A program made the position numbers and the translations under genes. A stretch of DNA of 64,000 nucleotides from an uncultured delta proteobacterium (GTDB taxonomy: Bacteria; Desulfobacterota; Desulfuromonadia; Geobacterales; Pseudopelobacteraceae), in contig CAVYYZ010000024.1 of assembly GCA_963772835.1 (NCBI GenBank), positions 160,001 to 224,000 on the forward strand, written 5' to 3'. Shown here one piece after another: positions 1 to 9,145 of this stretch. Every line of letters starts with the position of its first letter. Within the stretch, counting starts at the first letter, position 1. Under the pieces are notes generated by a model. That model had not been told where the DNA came from. It did not search any database and saw nothing but the letters and a program-made list of their open reading frames with translations.

Positions 1-1908
1 GGCTTCACCGCCTTTTCCGCCGTGGTGGCCGTCTTCAATGTACTTCTTGGCGTTGTCCCAGGCACCGCCACCGGTGGTCATGGAGATGGCTACAAAAATA
101 CCGGTCACGATGGTGCCGACGATTACCCCGCCCAGGGCTTTGGGACCGAGAGTGAACCCGACGATGACCGGAGCAAGGATTGGTATCAGGCCCGGAATGA
201 CCATCTCTTTGAGGGCTGTCCTGGTGACTATATCAACACAGGCGGCGTAGTCAGGTTTACCGGTGCCTTCCATGATTCCCTTGATTTCGCGAAACTGGCG
301 ACGGACTTCGACAACGACCGCTCCACCGGCTTTGCCGACCGCTTCCATACACTGGGCGGCAAAGTAGTAGGGGAGCATGCCGCCGATGAAAAGTCCGACG
401 ATGATGTAGGGGTCGGAGAGGTCAAAGGTTATCGCTTTGCCGGCCATCTTGAGTTCATCCACATATGAGGTGAAGAGAATAACAGCGGCCAGGCCGGCCG
501 AACCGATGGCATACCCCTTGGTGACCGCCTTGGTGGTGTTGCCGACGGCGTCCAGCGGATCAGTTACGGCGCGGACCGAATCATCGAGTTCAGCCATCTC
601 GGCGATACCGCCGGCGTTATCGGTGATTGGACCGTAGGCGTCCATGGCAACAACGATGCCGGTCAAAGAAAGCATGGATACGGCGGCAATGGCGATACCG
701 TAGACGCCGGCGCATCTGTAGGCGACAATAATCCCGGTTGCTATGACGATCACCGGCGCGGCGGTGGCCTTCATGGAAATACCGAGACCGGCGATGACGT
801 TGGTACCGTGCCCGGTGGTGGAGGCCTGGGCGATGTGCTGTACCGGACCATACTCTGTTGAAGTATAGTATTCCGTAATCCAGAAGATGGCTCCGGTAAC
901 AGCCAGGCCCACCAGTGCCGATATGAAGATGTTGGTAGACGAGTAGCCGGTCGGATTACCGGCCGGGAACATCTGTGCCGTCACGAAGTAAAAGGCGACG
1001 CAGGCTATCCCGCCTGAGGCGATCAATCCCTTGTAGAGTGCCTGCATGATCTTGCCGTTGGCGCCAAGTTTAACAAAGAAGGTGCCGATGATGGAGGCGA
1101 TGATGGAAATACCGCCAAGGATCAGCGGGTAACTGACCGCTCCGGCAAAATTATTGAATGCCATGGCTCCCAGAAGCATGGAGGCGATCAGAGTTACTGC
1201 GTAGGTTTCAAAGAGGTCGGCAGCCATTCCGGCACAATCTCCGACGTTGTCTCCGACATTGTCTGCAATAACGGCGGGGTTGCGGGGGTCGTCCTCGGGA
1301 ATGCCGGCTTCGACCTTACCCACCAGATCAGCACCGACATCAGCCCCCTTGGTAAAGATGCCGCCCCCCAGACGGGCGAAGATGGATATCAGAGACCCGC
1401 CAAAGCCGAGGCCGACCAGCTGGCTGACGACTTCCTTGACAGGGGCTCCCGGCATCAGCTTTATGAGAATCATGTAGTAACCGGCGACGCCGAGAAGCCC
1501 GAGTCCAACCACCAGCATGCCGGTGATGGCACCCCCTTTGAAGGCGACATCAAGTGCTTTGGTAATGCCGCTTTTGGCGGCCTCAGTCGTTCGTACATTG
1601 GCGCGGACCGAAACGAACATGCCGATGAAACCGGTCAAGCCTGAAAGAAGTGCTCCAATTGCAAAACCGATCGCGGTTTTTGCCCCCAGTGTGGCAAACA
1701 GCGCCACGAACATGATCGCACCGACCATGGCAATGATCGTGTACTGACGTTTCATGTAGGCGCCGGCACCTTCCTGGATCGCAGCGGCGATCTGTTTCAT
1801 CCGCTCATTCCCCTGGGGCAGCCCCAGAATCCATCTGGTCAAAATCAGTCCGAAAACGATTGCCGCCGCCGCGCAGACGAGGGCAAAAACTACAGCATAC
1901 TGTTCCAT
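1..1908 (-). CDS. hppA: Membrane-bound H+-translocating pyrophosphatase, K+-independent type (3' end runs off the window)
   Basis: Not in the ORF track because it is open at the edge. Manual translation gives [20 protein letters not shown]..., [35 protein letters not shown] and [17 protein letters not shown]. Lys in GNTTKA marks the K+-independent subfamily. AGGAGG RBS about 9 nt upstream. Confidence 0.96.
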   Translation of the reverse strand, partial: MEQYAVVFALVCAAAAIVFGLILTRWILGLPQGNERMKQIAAAIQEGAGAYMKRQYTIIAMVGAIMFVALFATLGAKTAIGFAIGALLSGLTGFIGMFVSVRANVRTTEAAKSGITKALDVAFKGGAITGMLVVGLGLLGVAGYYMILIKLMPGAPVKEVVSQLVGLGFGGSLISIFARLGGGIFTKGADVGADLVGKVEAGIPEDDPRNPAVIADNVGDNVGDCAGMAADLFETYAVTLIASMLLGAMAFNNFAGAVSYPLILGGISIIASIIGTFFVKLGANGKIMQALYKGLIASGGIACVAFYFVTAQMFPAGNPTGYSSTNIFISALVGLAVTGAIFWITEYYTSTEYGPVQHIAQASTTGHGTNVIAGLGISMKATAAPVIVIATGIIVAYRCAGVYGIAIAAVSMLSLTGIVVAMDAYGPITDNAGGIAEMAELDDSVRAVTDPLDAVGNTTKAVTKGYAIGSAGLAAVILFTSYVDELKMAGKAITFDLSDPYIIVGLFIGGMLPYYFAAQCMEAVGKAGGAVVVEVRRQFREIKGIMEGTGKPDYAACVDIVTRTALKEMVIPGLIPILAPVIVGFTLGPKALGGVIVGTIVTGIFVAISMTTGGGAWDNAKKYIEDGHHGGKGGEA

Positions 1909-1971
1909 CAGGTACATCCTCCTGTTTCATCATCCTGTTCCTGGGTATATCCATCTTCAATGCAAAAAAAA

Positions 1972-2676
1972 TCAGCCGGGTACATGTAATCGGTAGCCAA
2001 CCCCCGGTTCCGTTATGATGTAACGGGGACGGGACGCATCGACCTCGATCTTTTGACGCAAATTGCTGATATTCACCCGCAATACCTGCGGTTGATCAAC
2101 GTAAGCAACGCCCCACAACTGCATGAGAATCTGGTTGTGAGTAATTACCTTGCCCGCGTGAGTCACCAGAAAGCGTAACAGATCATATTCGGTCGGAGTC
2201 AACTGCACTTCGGTGCCTCGTAAGATGACCTTGCGGCGGGCAAGATCAACTTCTAGATCCTCTGACCTGAATACCGGCTCCGCTGTCTGAATTGATCGCC
2301 GCAGCGCCACCCTCACTCGCGCCATAAGTTCCGCCATGCCGAATGGCTTTGTCAGGTAGTCGTCAGCCCCCGCGTCAAGGGCCCGTACCTTGTCGCCTTC
2401 CTGTTCTCGAACCGAGAGAACGATAATCGGCACCGTTGACCATTCGCGTATTCGATTGATTACCTCCACTCCGTCCATATCCGGTAAACCGAGGTCAAGG
2501 AGGATAATGTCGGGCTTGAACAAAACAGCAGCTGACAGGGCGGCTGTGCCATTGTCCGTAACGTTAAGCGCAAATCCTTCGGCAATGAGAACCGAGCGGA
2601 GAAACCTCTGGATTGCCACTTCATCATCCACCACCAGCACTCTCGGCGTACTGACACCCCGGTTTTCGTTAGCCAT
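1972..2676 (-). CDS. kdpE: KdpE-like OmpR-family response regulator
   Basis: REC domain (VLVVDDE, LLDLGLPDMDG, GADDYLTKPF) plus winged-helix C-terminus LRQKIEVDASRPRYIITEPGVGYR, typical of KdpE. Confidence 0.9.
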   Translation of the reverse strand: MANENRGVSTPRVLVVDDEVAIQRFLRSVLIAEGFALNVTDNGTAALSAAVLFKPDIILLDLGLPDMDGVEVINRIREWSTVPIIVLSVREQEGDKVRALDAGADDYLTKPFGMAELMARVRVALRRSIQTAEPVFRSEDLEVDLARRKVILRGTEVQLTPTEYDLLRFLVTHAGKVITHNQILMQLWGVAYVDQPQVLRVNISNLRQKIEVDASRPRYIITEPGVGYRLHVPG

Positions 2677-4209
2677 GTGTACAATCCTTCACGTGACGTG
2701 CCCCCTGAAGCGGAATTTCGACTGTAACCATAAATCCTCCGCCGGATTGATTCCCGGCCCAGATTTTTCCACCGTGCGCTTCAACAATCCCGTTGCATAT
2801 GGATAGTCCCAGGCCCGTACCTTTTACACTTTCAGGCACCGGAATCCGGTAAAACTTTTCAAAGATTCTTTTCAGGTCATCCTCAGGGACGCCCGGTCCC
2901 GAGTCGGCTACTTCCAGAATCAGATTCTCGGCGCTACAGTGAGCAGATATCTCTACTGCACTATCCGGAGGTGAGTATTTTACCGCATTGTCGAGAAGAT
3001 TGATCAGTACCTGATTCATCAACACCATATCCATGGCCACCATGGGAATGCCCGGCGCAAGTTTGACCTCTACCCTCCTCCCTTTCAGTTTACGGTCAAT
3101 GGCCGCGAGAGCACATCCTATCAAATCCTGGACATCACACGGCTCCATTTTCAGGATAGTTGCCCGCGCTTCAAGGCGCGTTATATCGAGCAGGTTGCCA
3201 ACAAAGCGGTTGAGTCGATTTGCTTCCTCCCGGGCATTTTCCAGAAGTTCCCGGCGCACCTGCTCGCTCAGGTGGTCCCCATTGTCCAGAATACTGCTCA
3301 ATACCCCTGTTATTGTGGCCAGGGGGGAGCGGAGGTCATGGGAGACCGAGTTTAGAAGCGCCCGTTCCAGGTTTTGGCGTGACCGTAAAATATGTGCCTG
3401 TTCAGCCAGGTTCGACAGGTTGACACGTTCCAGTGCCATTGCCGTCTGTGCTGCAAATGCTTCAACCAAACGGTATATCTGGTCGAATGCAAAGGGTGAC
3501 GCTTCGTCAAAATTAATTGCCAGTACACCCACGGTTCTGGACAGGGCCCGAAGTGGAAAATAGATGAGCCTGGAGGTGTTGTGCGACTCTGTACCTTTGC
3601 CGGCAGCCTGATTGTTATGAAATGCCCAGAGTGCCACATCAATCTCGAGTTGTTCGAATGTGAGCCCCTCGCTGGCAGCAACCATTTCAAGCTGCTTGCC
3701 ATTCGGCATAATGAGGGCGATCCGGGTGTTGATGCTCTCCTCTATGCTTCGTATCACTGACTGCAGGATGGATGCCGTATCGCCGGCAACTGCGAGTTCA
3801 CGACTGAGATGATACAGACAGGCGGTTTCGGCTTCACGAACCCTGAGCGCTTCGGCCCGTTCGCTCACCTTGGTAACCAGGGAGCTTATGACGACTCCTG
3901 TAACAAAGAGTCCAGAGAACGTTGCCAGGTATTCCTTGTCAAGAAAGTTAAAGACAAATCGTGGTGGAACGTAGAGGTAGTTGAACATGAAGCCACTGAG
4001 GGTTACCGCAGCTACAGCCGGCTTAAGTCCCAGTTTGAGTGCTACCAGAACCACCGTTATCAGGTAAATCATCAGGAGATTGATCGGCAGAAAAAAAGCC
4101 GCACTGCTTCGCAGACCAGAGTCGTCACTGTCACGAGTGCAAAACTCGCTGCATACCCGTACACAGTTGATGAGCGCGTCATGTTTTTCAGTCTGTTGAA
4201 GCGTGCCAT
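2669..4209 (-). CDS. kdpD: KdpD-like sensor histidine kinase (DUF4118 TM-GAF-HisKA-HATPase) lacking the N-terminal KdpD/USP domains; frameshift at a T7 run near 4091-4097
   Basis: H-box NSVSHDLRSPL, N-box NLLDNAVKYS, G-boxes DSGPG and GTGLGLSI. RBS GGAGG plus ATG at 4209 gives MARFNRLKNMTRSSTVYGYAASFALVTVTTLVCEAVRL, which continues as FLPINLLMIYL only after a frame change in the homopolymer. Confidence 0.85.
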
Positions 4210-4327
4210 CACCCCTCCCTGATGCTTGACCCGTTGAGAGTCTGCACTGTGGTTTGCCACTCTCCGGCACAATCAATTTGAGAATAGTGCACATATTTTA
4301 CCACTGCACCACTCTATCCATTTACGT

Positions 4328-4376
4328 ATAAAAATAGGAGTAAATTTTTTTGAAGAAAGCATAAAGAAACCGTAAA
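4328..4376 (-). promoter_or_regulatory. Tandem KdpE-type direct-repeat boxes upstream of kdpD
   Basis: Minus strand TTTAC-GGTTTC-TTTAT (4361-4376) and TTTAC-TCCTATT-TTTAT (4328-4344). Resembles the E. coli KdpE site TTTATACTTTTTTTACA. Confidence 0.55.
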
Positions 4377-4578
4377 GAGATATTTTTGTACGCCGGGGGG
4401 GAGTGTGAGATACGGAGCGATTTTGATGCGAAGTCGTTCAGGCCAGCGCACCACACCGGCAGATGTATCGTAAAGCAGGTCTTCAGTCGAAAACGGTGTA
4501 CAGCGACAATAGTTCGATATGTTACAGGATGTTACCGCCGCTGTCCGATATTACGGGCATAAATGGCTCTATATTAAT

Positions 4579-4600
4579 AATAATTGCAGACGCAATTATT
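4579..4600. promoter_or_regulatory. Perfect palindrome, putative operator in the divergent kdpD/iclR promoter region
   Basis: AATAATTGC-AGAC-GCAATTATT in AT-rich intergenic DNA. Confidence 0.4.
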
Positions 4601-4782
4601 GCAAAATCAACAATTTGTTTGTAAAATTGTCTCATAACATGCTGATATGTATAGTTAAATACGAATCAATGTAAAATATAAATTTTAATGTTGACTTGTT
4701 ATAGAACGCCATATCATCATTCGACCGTATAAAGATTTTTCCAGATATTTGTTAATTCAATTTCGCAAGAGCAAGGATTTCC

Positions 4783-5559
4783 ATGAAAAGAGAAAGTAAC
4801 GAATACACGGTGCAGGCGGTTGCAAATGCGTTTGACCTGTTGGAAGCACTTGCCGATGAAAACTCCAATCCAACGGCACCCCTTCTGGCCAGAAAACTAA
4901 AAATCAGTACCAACAAGCTATTCCGAATTATGGCGACACTTGAGCACAAGGGCCTTATCGAACACGACAAGAACAAGGGTGAATACCGACTTGGTCTCAG
5001 TGCCTTCGGGATGGCTCAGCACATCCTGAAAAGTGCCAGCATCATCAGAATAGCACAACCGATCATGGAAGAGCTGGCCAGGAAGCACGACGAGGCTGTG
5101 TATATCACTGTTTTAAACAATGACGAAGTGCTCTTTCTTGACATGGTAGATTCGTTTCAGCAAATAAGGGCCATCCCGTTTGTCGGCAAACGCTTCCCCT
5201 TTTTTACCAATGCTGCCGGTAAGGTTATCAAGGCCATGAGTTCATCTGACGTTCTGGAAAACTTTGGCAAACGGCGGGCATCAAAGGTCGGGATTACTGA
5301 TATGCAAGGACTTGAGTCAGAGCTGGATACCATTCGCAAAAACGGAGTTGCAGTTGATATTAACGGACTGGGTGAAGGCATCTGTTCCGTTGCAGTGGCT
5401 ATCAAGGATTACGCGGGTCTTGTTGTCGGAGCGCTTACCATTTTGGCTCCTTCGTTCCGAATGTTGCAGGAGCGACTGGAACAGGAAATTATTCCTTCCA
5501 TGCTGGTAGGGTCTCAAGAGCTGTCCATTAAATTCGGCTATACAAAAATGCTTGCCTGA
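4783..5559 (+). CDS. IclR family transcriptional regulator
   Basis: N-terminal HTH (YTVQAVANAFDLLEAL...LFRIMATLEHKGLI) plus IclR effector domain (TNAAGKVI, CSVAVAIKDYAG). Confidence 0.93.
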   Translation: MKRESNEYTVQAVANAFDLLEALADENSNPTAPLLARKLKISTNKLFRIMATLEHKGLIEHDKNKGEYRLGLSAFGMAQHILKSASIIRIAQPIMEELARKHDEAVYITVLNNDEVLFLDMVDSFQQIRAIPFVGKRFPFFTNAAGKVIKAMSSSDVLENFGKRRASKVGITDMQGLESELDTIRKNGVAVDINGLGEGICSVAVAIKDYAGLVVGALTILAPSFRMLQERLEQEIIPSMLVGSQELSIKFGYTKMLA

Positions 5560-5574
5560 TTTGAGTACACATCT

Positions 5575-5740
5575 TTCCGCTCCGTAGCGGTCGTACTTCG
5601 CGATTATTACGGCAAGACAGTCAGGGCTTTTGCGTTGTTGACCCGTTCTTTGTGCATATTGCAGGAACGGCTGGAAAAGAGGTCACCACCCGCATGCTGG
5701 AAGGGGCAAACTGCTTTCCATGAAGCCTGGCTATTTGCGG
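5575..5740 (+). pseudogene. Degenerate fragment of a second IclR-family gene (C-terminal about 55 codons)
   Basis: Translates as FRSVAVVLRDYYGKTVRAFALLTRSLCILQERLEK/EVTTRMLEG/LLSMKPGY with two frame breaks. Aligns to the upstream IclR end ICSVAVAIKDYAGLVVGALTILAPSFRMLQERLEQEIIPSMLVGSQELSIKFGY. Confidence 0.75.
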
Positions 5741-5992
5741 GCGTGTGCGGAGTGGGTCAGAGTTGTTTTGCAGCAGGTTTTCCAATTGAGGCGAAGTTAT
5801 CTATCAACCGCTAAGCGCCCGCTGTGTTGGGCAGGAGTTAACCGGCAGTCACCCGCACGGAAAGGAGGAATATGCCATAACAAGACAATAGACAAGCCCG
5901 GCATTCATGCAATAAATCATCAAATCCCAATTATAAAGAAGATAGAAGCTGGTTCGGGAAGAAATTTAAAAACATCCCAAAAGGAGAAAGTA

Positions 5993-6304
5993 ATGTCTTT
6001 AATAATCGCAAGCAAGATTCAAAACAATCCAAAATACCTTGAATTGGTTCATCGACGTAATAAGCTTGGCTGGACGCTTTCGGCAGTTGTATGCATTCTT
6101 TATTTCGGTTTCACCCTGATGATTGCGTATACCCCTGACATTCTCACTGCTCCCATTGCCGCCGACAGCGTCATCCCCATGGGTATGCTGATCGGTCTCG
6201 GCGTGATAGTGGCCTCATGTGCGACGACAGGAATATATGTTTTCAAGGCCAACAAAAACTTCGATCCTATTGTTGAAGAAATCGTCCGGGAGGCATCAAA
6301 ATGA
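5993..6304 (+). CDS. DUF485 (YjcH-like) membrane protein, actP partner
   Basis: AAGGAG RBS. MSLIIASKIQNNPKYLELVHRRNKLGW...GIYVFKANKNFD with two TM helices. ATGA overlap with actP. Confidence 0.9.
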   Translation: MSLIIASKIQNNPKYLELVHRRNKLGWTLSAVVCILYFGFTLMIAYTPDILTAPIAADSVIPMGMLIGLGVIVASCATTGIYVFKANKNFDPIVEEIVREASK

Positions 6305-8014
6305 AAATATTTAAAACGTTATTCTTCTCTACGCTGGCTTTTGCAACATTATGCGCCTCTACTCTTGCCCACGCCATAACCGTTGATACGGGCCCCGCAC
6401 CGGCAGCACCGGCGGTACCGCCGCCCCTCAACTGGCACGCCATTATCATGTTTCTTATTTTTGTTGCCGTTACCCTGATCATCACCTACTGGGCTGCAAC
6501 ACACACCAAGAACCGCGTCCGATTTCTATGCTGCAGGACGCGGTGTTACCGGTTTTCAGAACGGTATGGCTATTGCCGGCGACTACATGTCGGCCGCGTC
6601 ATTCCTGGGTATCGCCGCTCTGGTCTATTTCAACGGTTTTTACGGCCTGATCTTTTCGGTCGGCTGGCTCGTCGGTTGGCCAATCATCCTGTTCCTGGTT
6701 GCAGAGCGCCTGCGTAACCTCGGTAAATACACTTACGCCGATGTTGTCTCCTTCCGTCTCCAGCAGAAACCGATTCGCATCATGGCGGCCATAAGCTCAC
6801 TGATCGTCGTCATCTGGTATCTGATCGGCCAGGCGGTTGGCGCCGGGCAGTTGCTACACACCCTCGTGCCGCAGATGTCCTACCGAATGTCCATCGTCAT
6901 CGTAGGTGTATTGATCGTTCTCTATGTTACCCTGGGCGGTATGAAAGCGACAACCTGGGTGCAGATCATCAAGGCCGGCCTGCTGCTGGGCGGTGCATCA
7001 GCAATGGCGTTTGGCGTTATGCTTCACGAGGGATTCAGCTTCGCAAAACTGTTCTCTGACGCAGTAGCGCTTCATCCAAAAGGCATAAAAATCATGCAGT
7101 CAGTAGTGCCAATTGGAGCCAAGGCCAATCCGATCGAGTCTATCTCTTTGGGGCTGACGTTGATGTTCGGTACTGCCGGCCTGCCGCACATCCTGATGAG
7201 ATTTTTCACCACAACCGATGCCAAGGCTGCCCGTAAATCTGTTTTATACGGTACCTGCTTCATTGGCTATTTCTACATCCTGACCTTCATCATCGGTTTC
7301 GGCGCCATCATTCTCGTTGCCAACAATCCTGAGTATGTGGTCGATGTCACTAAAAACATTCTTGCTCTCAAGGGCGGCGGCAGCATGCCGGCCATTTATC
7401 TGTCGCACGCCATCGGCGGCAACTTCTTCCTCGGTTTCATCGCCGCGGTCGCTTTCGCCACCATCCTTGCCGTTGTATCCGGGCTGACACTGGCAGGCGC
7501 CTCGGCTCTGTCACACGACATCTATGCGAGTGTTATCATGAAGGGTAATGCGGTCGAGAAAAAAGAAGTGTGGGTATCGAAGATGAGTGTTATCGGTCTG
7601 GGTGCACTCGCCGTACTCCTCGGCATTGCCTTTGAGAAACAGAACGTTGCCTATATCGTGGCGCTGACATTCTCGATTGCCGCCTGCACCAACTTCCCCA
7701 TTCTGGTACTGTCAGTTTTCTGGAAAGGCCTGACCACACGCGGAGCGGTCATGGGCGGTTATACCGGTATCTTCGGTTCTATCATACTGTTGATCATCGG
7801 ACCGACTGTATGGACCAAGGTGCTCGGTAACGGGCCGGCTATTTTCCCGTATGATTTTCCGACCTTTGTTGTACTGCCCCTGGTGCTTATCGTTGCGTAT
7901 GTTGCATCTGTAACGGATGGCAGTGAGAGCGCAAAGAAGGAACGCGCTGCATTCGAGGCCCAGATGATCCGGGCCGAAACCGGCTTGGGTGCCGAGGCGG
8001 CTGCCGAACATTGA
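6301..8014 (+). CDS. actP: Cation/acetate symporter (SSS family), frameshifted by one extra base near 6511
   Basis: [13 protein letters not shown]...[50 protein letters not shown] and C-terminal [11 protein letters not shown]. The two ORF-track pieces join when one A is removed. Confidence 0.93.
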
Positions 8015-8038
8015 TACATGTGAGGTAATCTCCACTCA

Positions 8039-8071
8039 GATTGGCTGCCGGAAATTCTCCGGCAGCCAATC
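8039..8071 (+). terminator. Hairpin after actP, probable terminator
   Basis: GATTGGCTGCCGGA-AATTC-TCCGGCAGCCAATC, 14-bp perfect stem. Confidence 0.7.
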
Positions 8072-8251
8072 ATCTTTCCGGGCTGCAGCTTCTTAATAAT
8101 AAATATGTAGTTATATTCTTCTTAAAGAGTACGGCACACCAGATGGTAGAACATCACCCGCATGGGTTTTTCAGATAAGCTGGTATGTTGTGCCGGTATG
8201 TGGATGAAAAAAGGTTTAATACGCATATGAAATAGCGTGTGATCTCTAGCA

Positions 8252-8281
8252 AAATAGCCGCTCATTTCTGAGCGGCTATTT
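8252..8281. terminator. Bidirectional intrinsic terminator
   Basis: AAATAGCCGCTCA-TTTC-TGAGCGGCTATTT. Confidence 0.7.
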
Positions 8282-8292
8282 ATATGTCGAAC

Positions 8293-8408
8293 CGGGAAGG
8301 GTGCACCGCAAGGCGGCCCTTTGTCGCCCTTATTCCGAATCGCCGTAGCGGGTCCGCATGTACGGTGGTTCGGGGGAGAGGTGGCCCATGTCTCCTTCCG
8401 AACCCGGC
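8293..8408 (+). mobile_element. Group II intron (class C-like) 3'-end remnant: domain V and VI-like stems, no RT ORF
   Basis: GAATCGCCGTAGCGGGTCCGCATGTACGGTGGTTC (8337-8371) folds as D5 with a CGC catalytic triad. It is followed by a GGGGGAGAG...TCTCCTTCC D6-like stem and lies directly downstream of a terminator. Confidence 0.6.
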
Positions 8409-8416
8409 AAATGGAC

Positions 8417-8608
8417 TTACTTGGGCTCAGGAGTTTGCGCTGGTTCGGGGTTTGGCGCGGGCTCAGGGTTAGGAGCAGGATCCTCTGCCAAAACTATTTG
8501 CTTGATCTGCCTGGAACTGCCAAACGAACCATTGTCAGCAGCGAAAACAACGGCTGAGTAAGATGAGGCAACAGCCAGAAATACAAATGTAATAATTGTT
8601 TTTTTCAT
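8417..8608 (-). CDS. Small exported protein (63 aa) with Pro/Glu-rich repeat tail
   Basis: GAAGGAG RBS. Signal peptide MKKTIITFVFLAVASSYSAVVFA. Tail EDPAPNPEPAPNPEPAQTPEPK. Confidence 0.7.
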   Translation of the reverse strand: MKKTIITFVFLAVASSYSAVVFAADNGSFGSSRQIKQIVLAEDPAPNPEPAPNPEPAQTPEPK

Positions 8609-8689
8609 GGTGTGATCTCCTTCGGAGTCAATGTTGCGTTGGAAACGCCTGTAAAAAATCTTCAGAAAATCCATTGTATACTGTTTTGA

Positions 8690-8905
8690 TTACAAATCAC
8701 CCCCCCCATTTTTAGGATCCTTTCTCTCTGGTAACGGAACTAAGGACCAACTCTGCCTGCTCTTTACAAAAACCGGTACGTGATGCTTATCGCATTTTGG
8801 AGGCGCTTTTATTGTTATTCCGTCATAAAAATGAATGAGATTATCATCCTCAAAAAACTCCCCCTGATAGAGGCCGTTTTCCTCATTGAAAAAATAGGCT
8901 TTCAT
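8690..8905 (-). CDS. Hypothetical 71-aa protein resembling the N-terminal part of phage tail-fibre assembly (Tfa) proteins
   Basis: AYFFNEENGLYQGE...ITIKAPP...VPVFVKSRQSWSLV matches, by eye, the Tfa pattern Y.Y...GEY.G...T..APP....VF....W.LV. Confidence 0.6.
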   Translation of the reverse strand: MKAYFFNEENGLYQGEFFEDDNLIHFYDGITIKAPPKCDKHHVPVFVKSRQSWSLVPLPERKDPKNGGGDL

Positions 8906-8951
8906 TTAAAAACCCCCAAAAAGAGATAGTTAAATCATATGCATACGCATG

Positions 8952-9000
8952 GTAAAAGCCTAATAAATTTATTGGCAGAATCTATAAAGAAAGTATAAAG
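8952..9000 (-). promoter_or_regulatory. Tandem KdpE-type boxes upstream of the 8905/8608 small genes
   Basis: Minus strand TTTAT-ACTTTC-TTTATA (8983-8999), near-identical to the E. coli KdpE site, and TTTAT-TAGGCT-TTTAC (8952-8967). Confidence 0.6.
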
Positions 9001-9145
9001 ATAATGTCTGTGGAGGTGTTTTGGGGGGGGTATTAGAGGTTGTTAGCACATTAACACTAATTGCATGCCGGGCTCTTGGCGGCGAACCGGCAGTTGAATT
9101 TTTGTTAATTCATCATTGTATTATTTGTACGTCGTGAAAAACGGC

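Noticed and set aside
4210..4294. Track start of KdpD at 4294
   Set aside because: The N-terminal segment is not TM-like; RBS plus ATG at 4209 in another frame gives the expected first TM helix.
5703..5730. GGCAAAC resembling the start of a c-di-GMP-I/GEMM riboswitch
   Set aside because: No following GAAA...GACGCAAAGC; the sequence is explained by the IclR remnant.
5861..5880. AAAGGAGG followed by ATG CCA TAA (Met-Pro-stop minigene) in the actP leader
   Set aside because: SD-to-ATG spacing is only about 3 nt; cannot distinguish it from chance or a gene remnant.
5720..5992. N-terminal extension of the 194-aa track ORF
   Set aside because: The real DUF485 start is ATG 5993 with an RBS; the upstream part overlaps the IclR remnant and leader.
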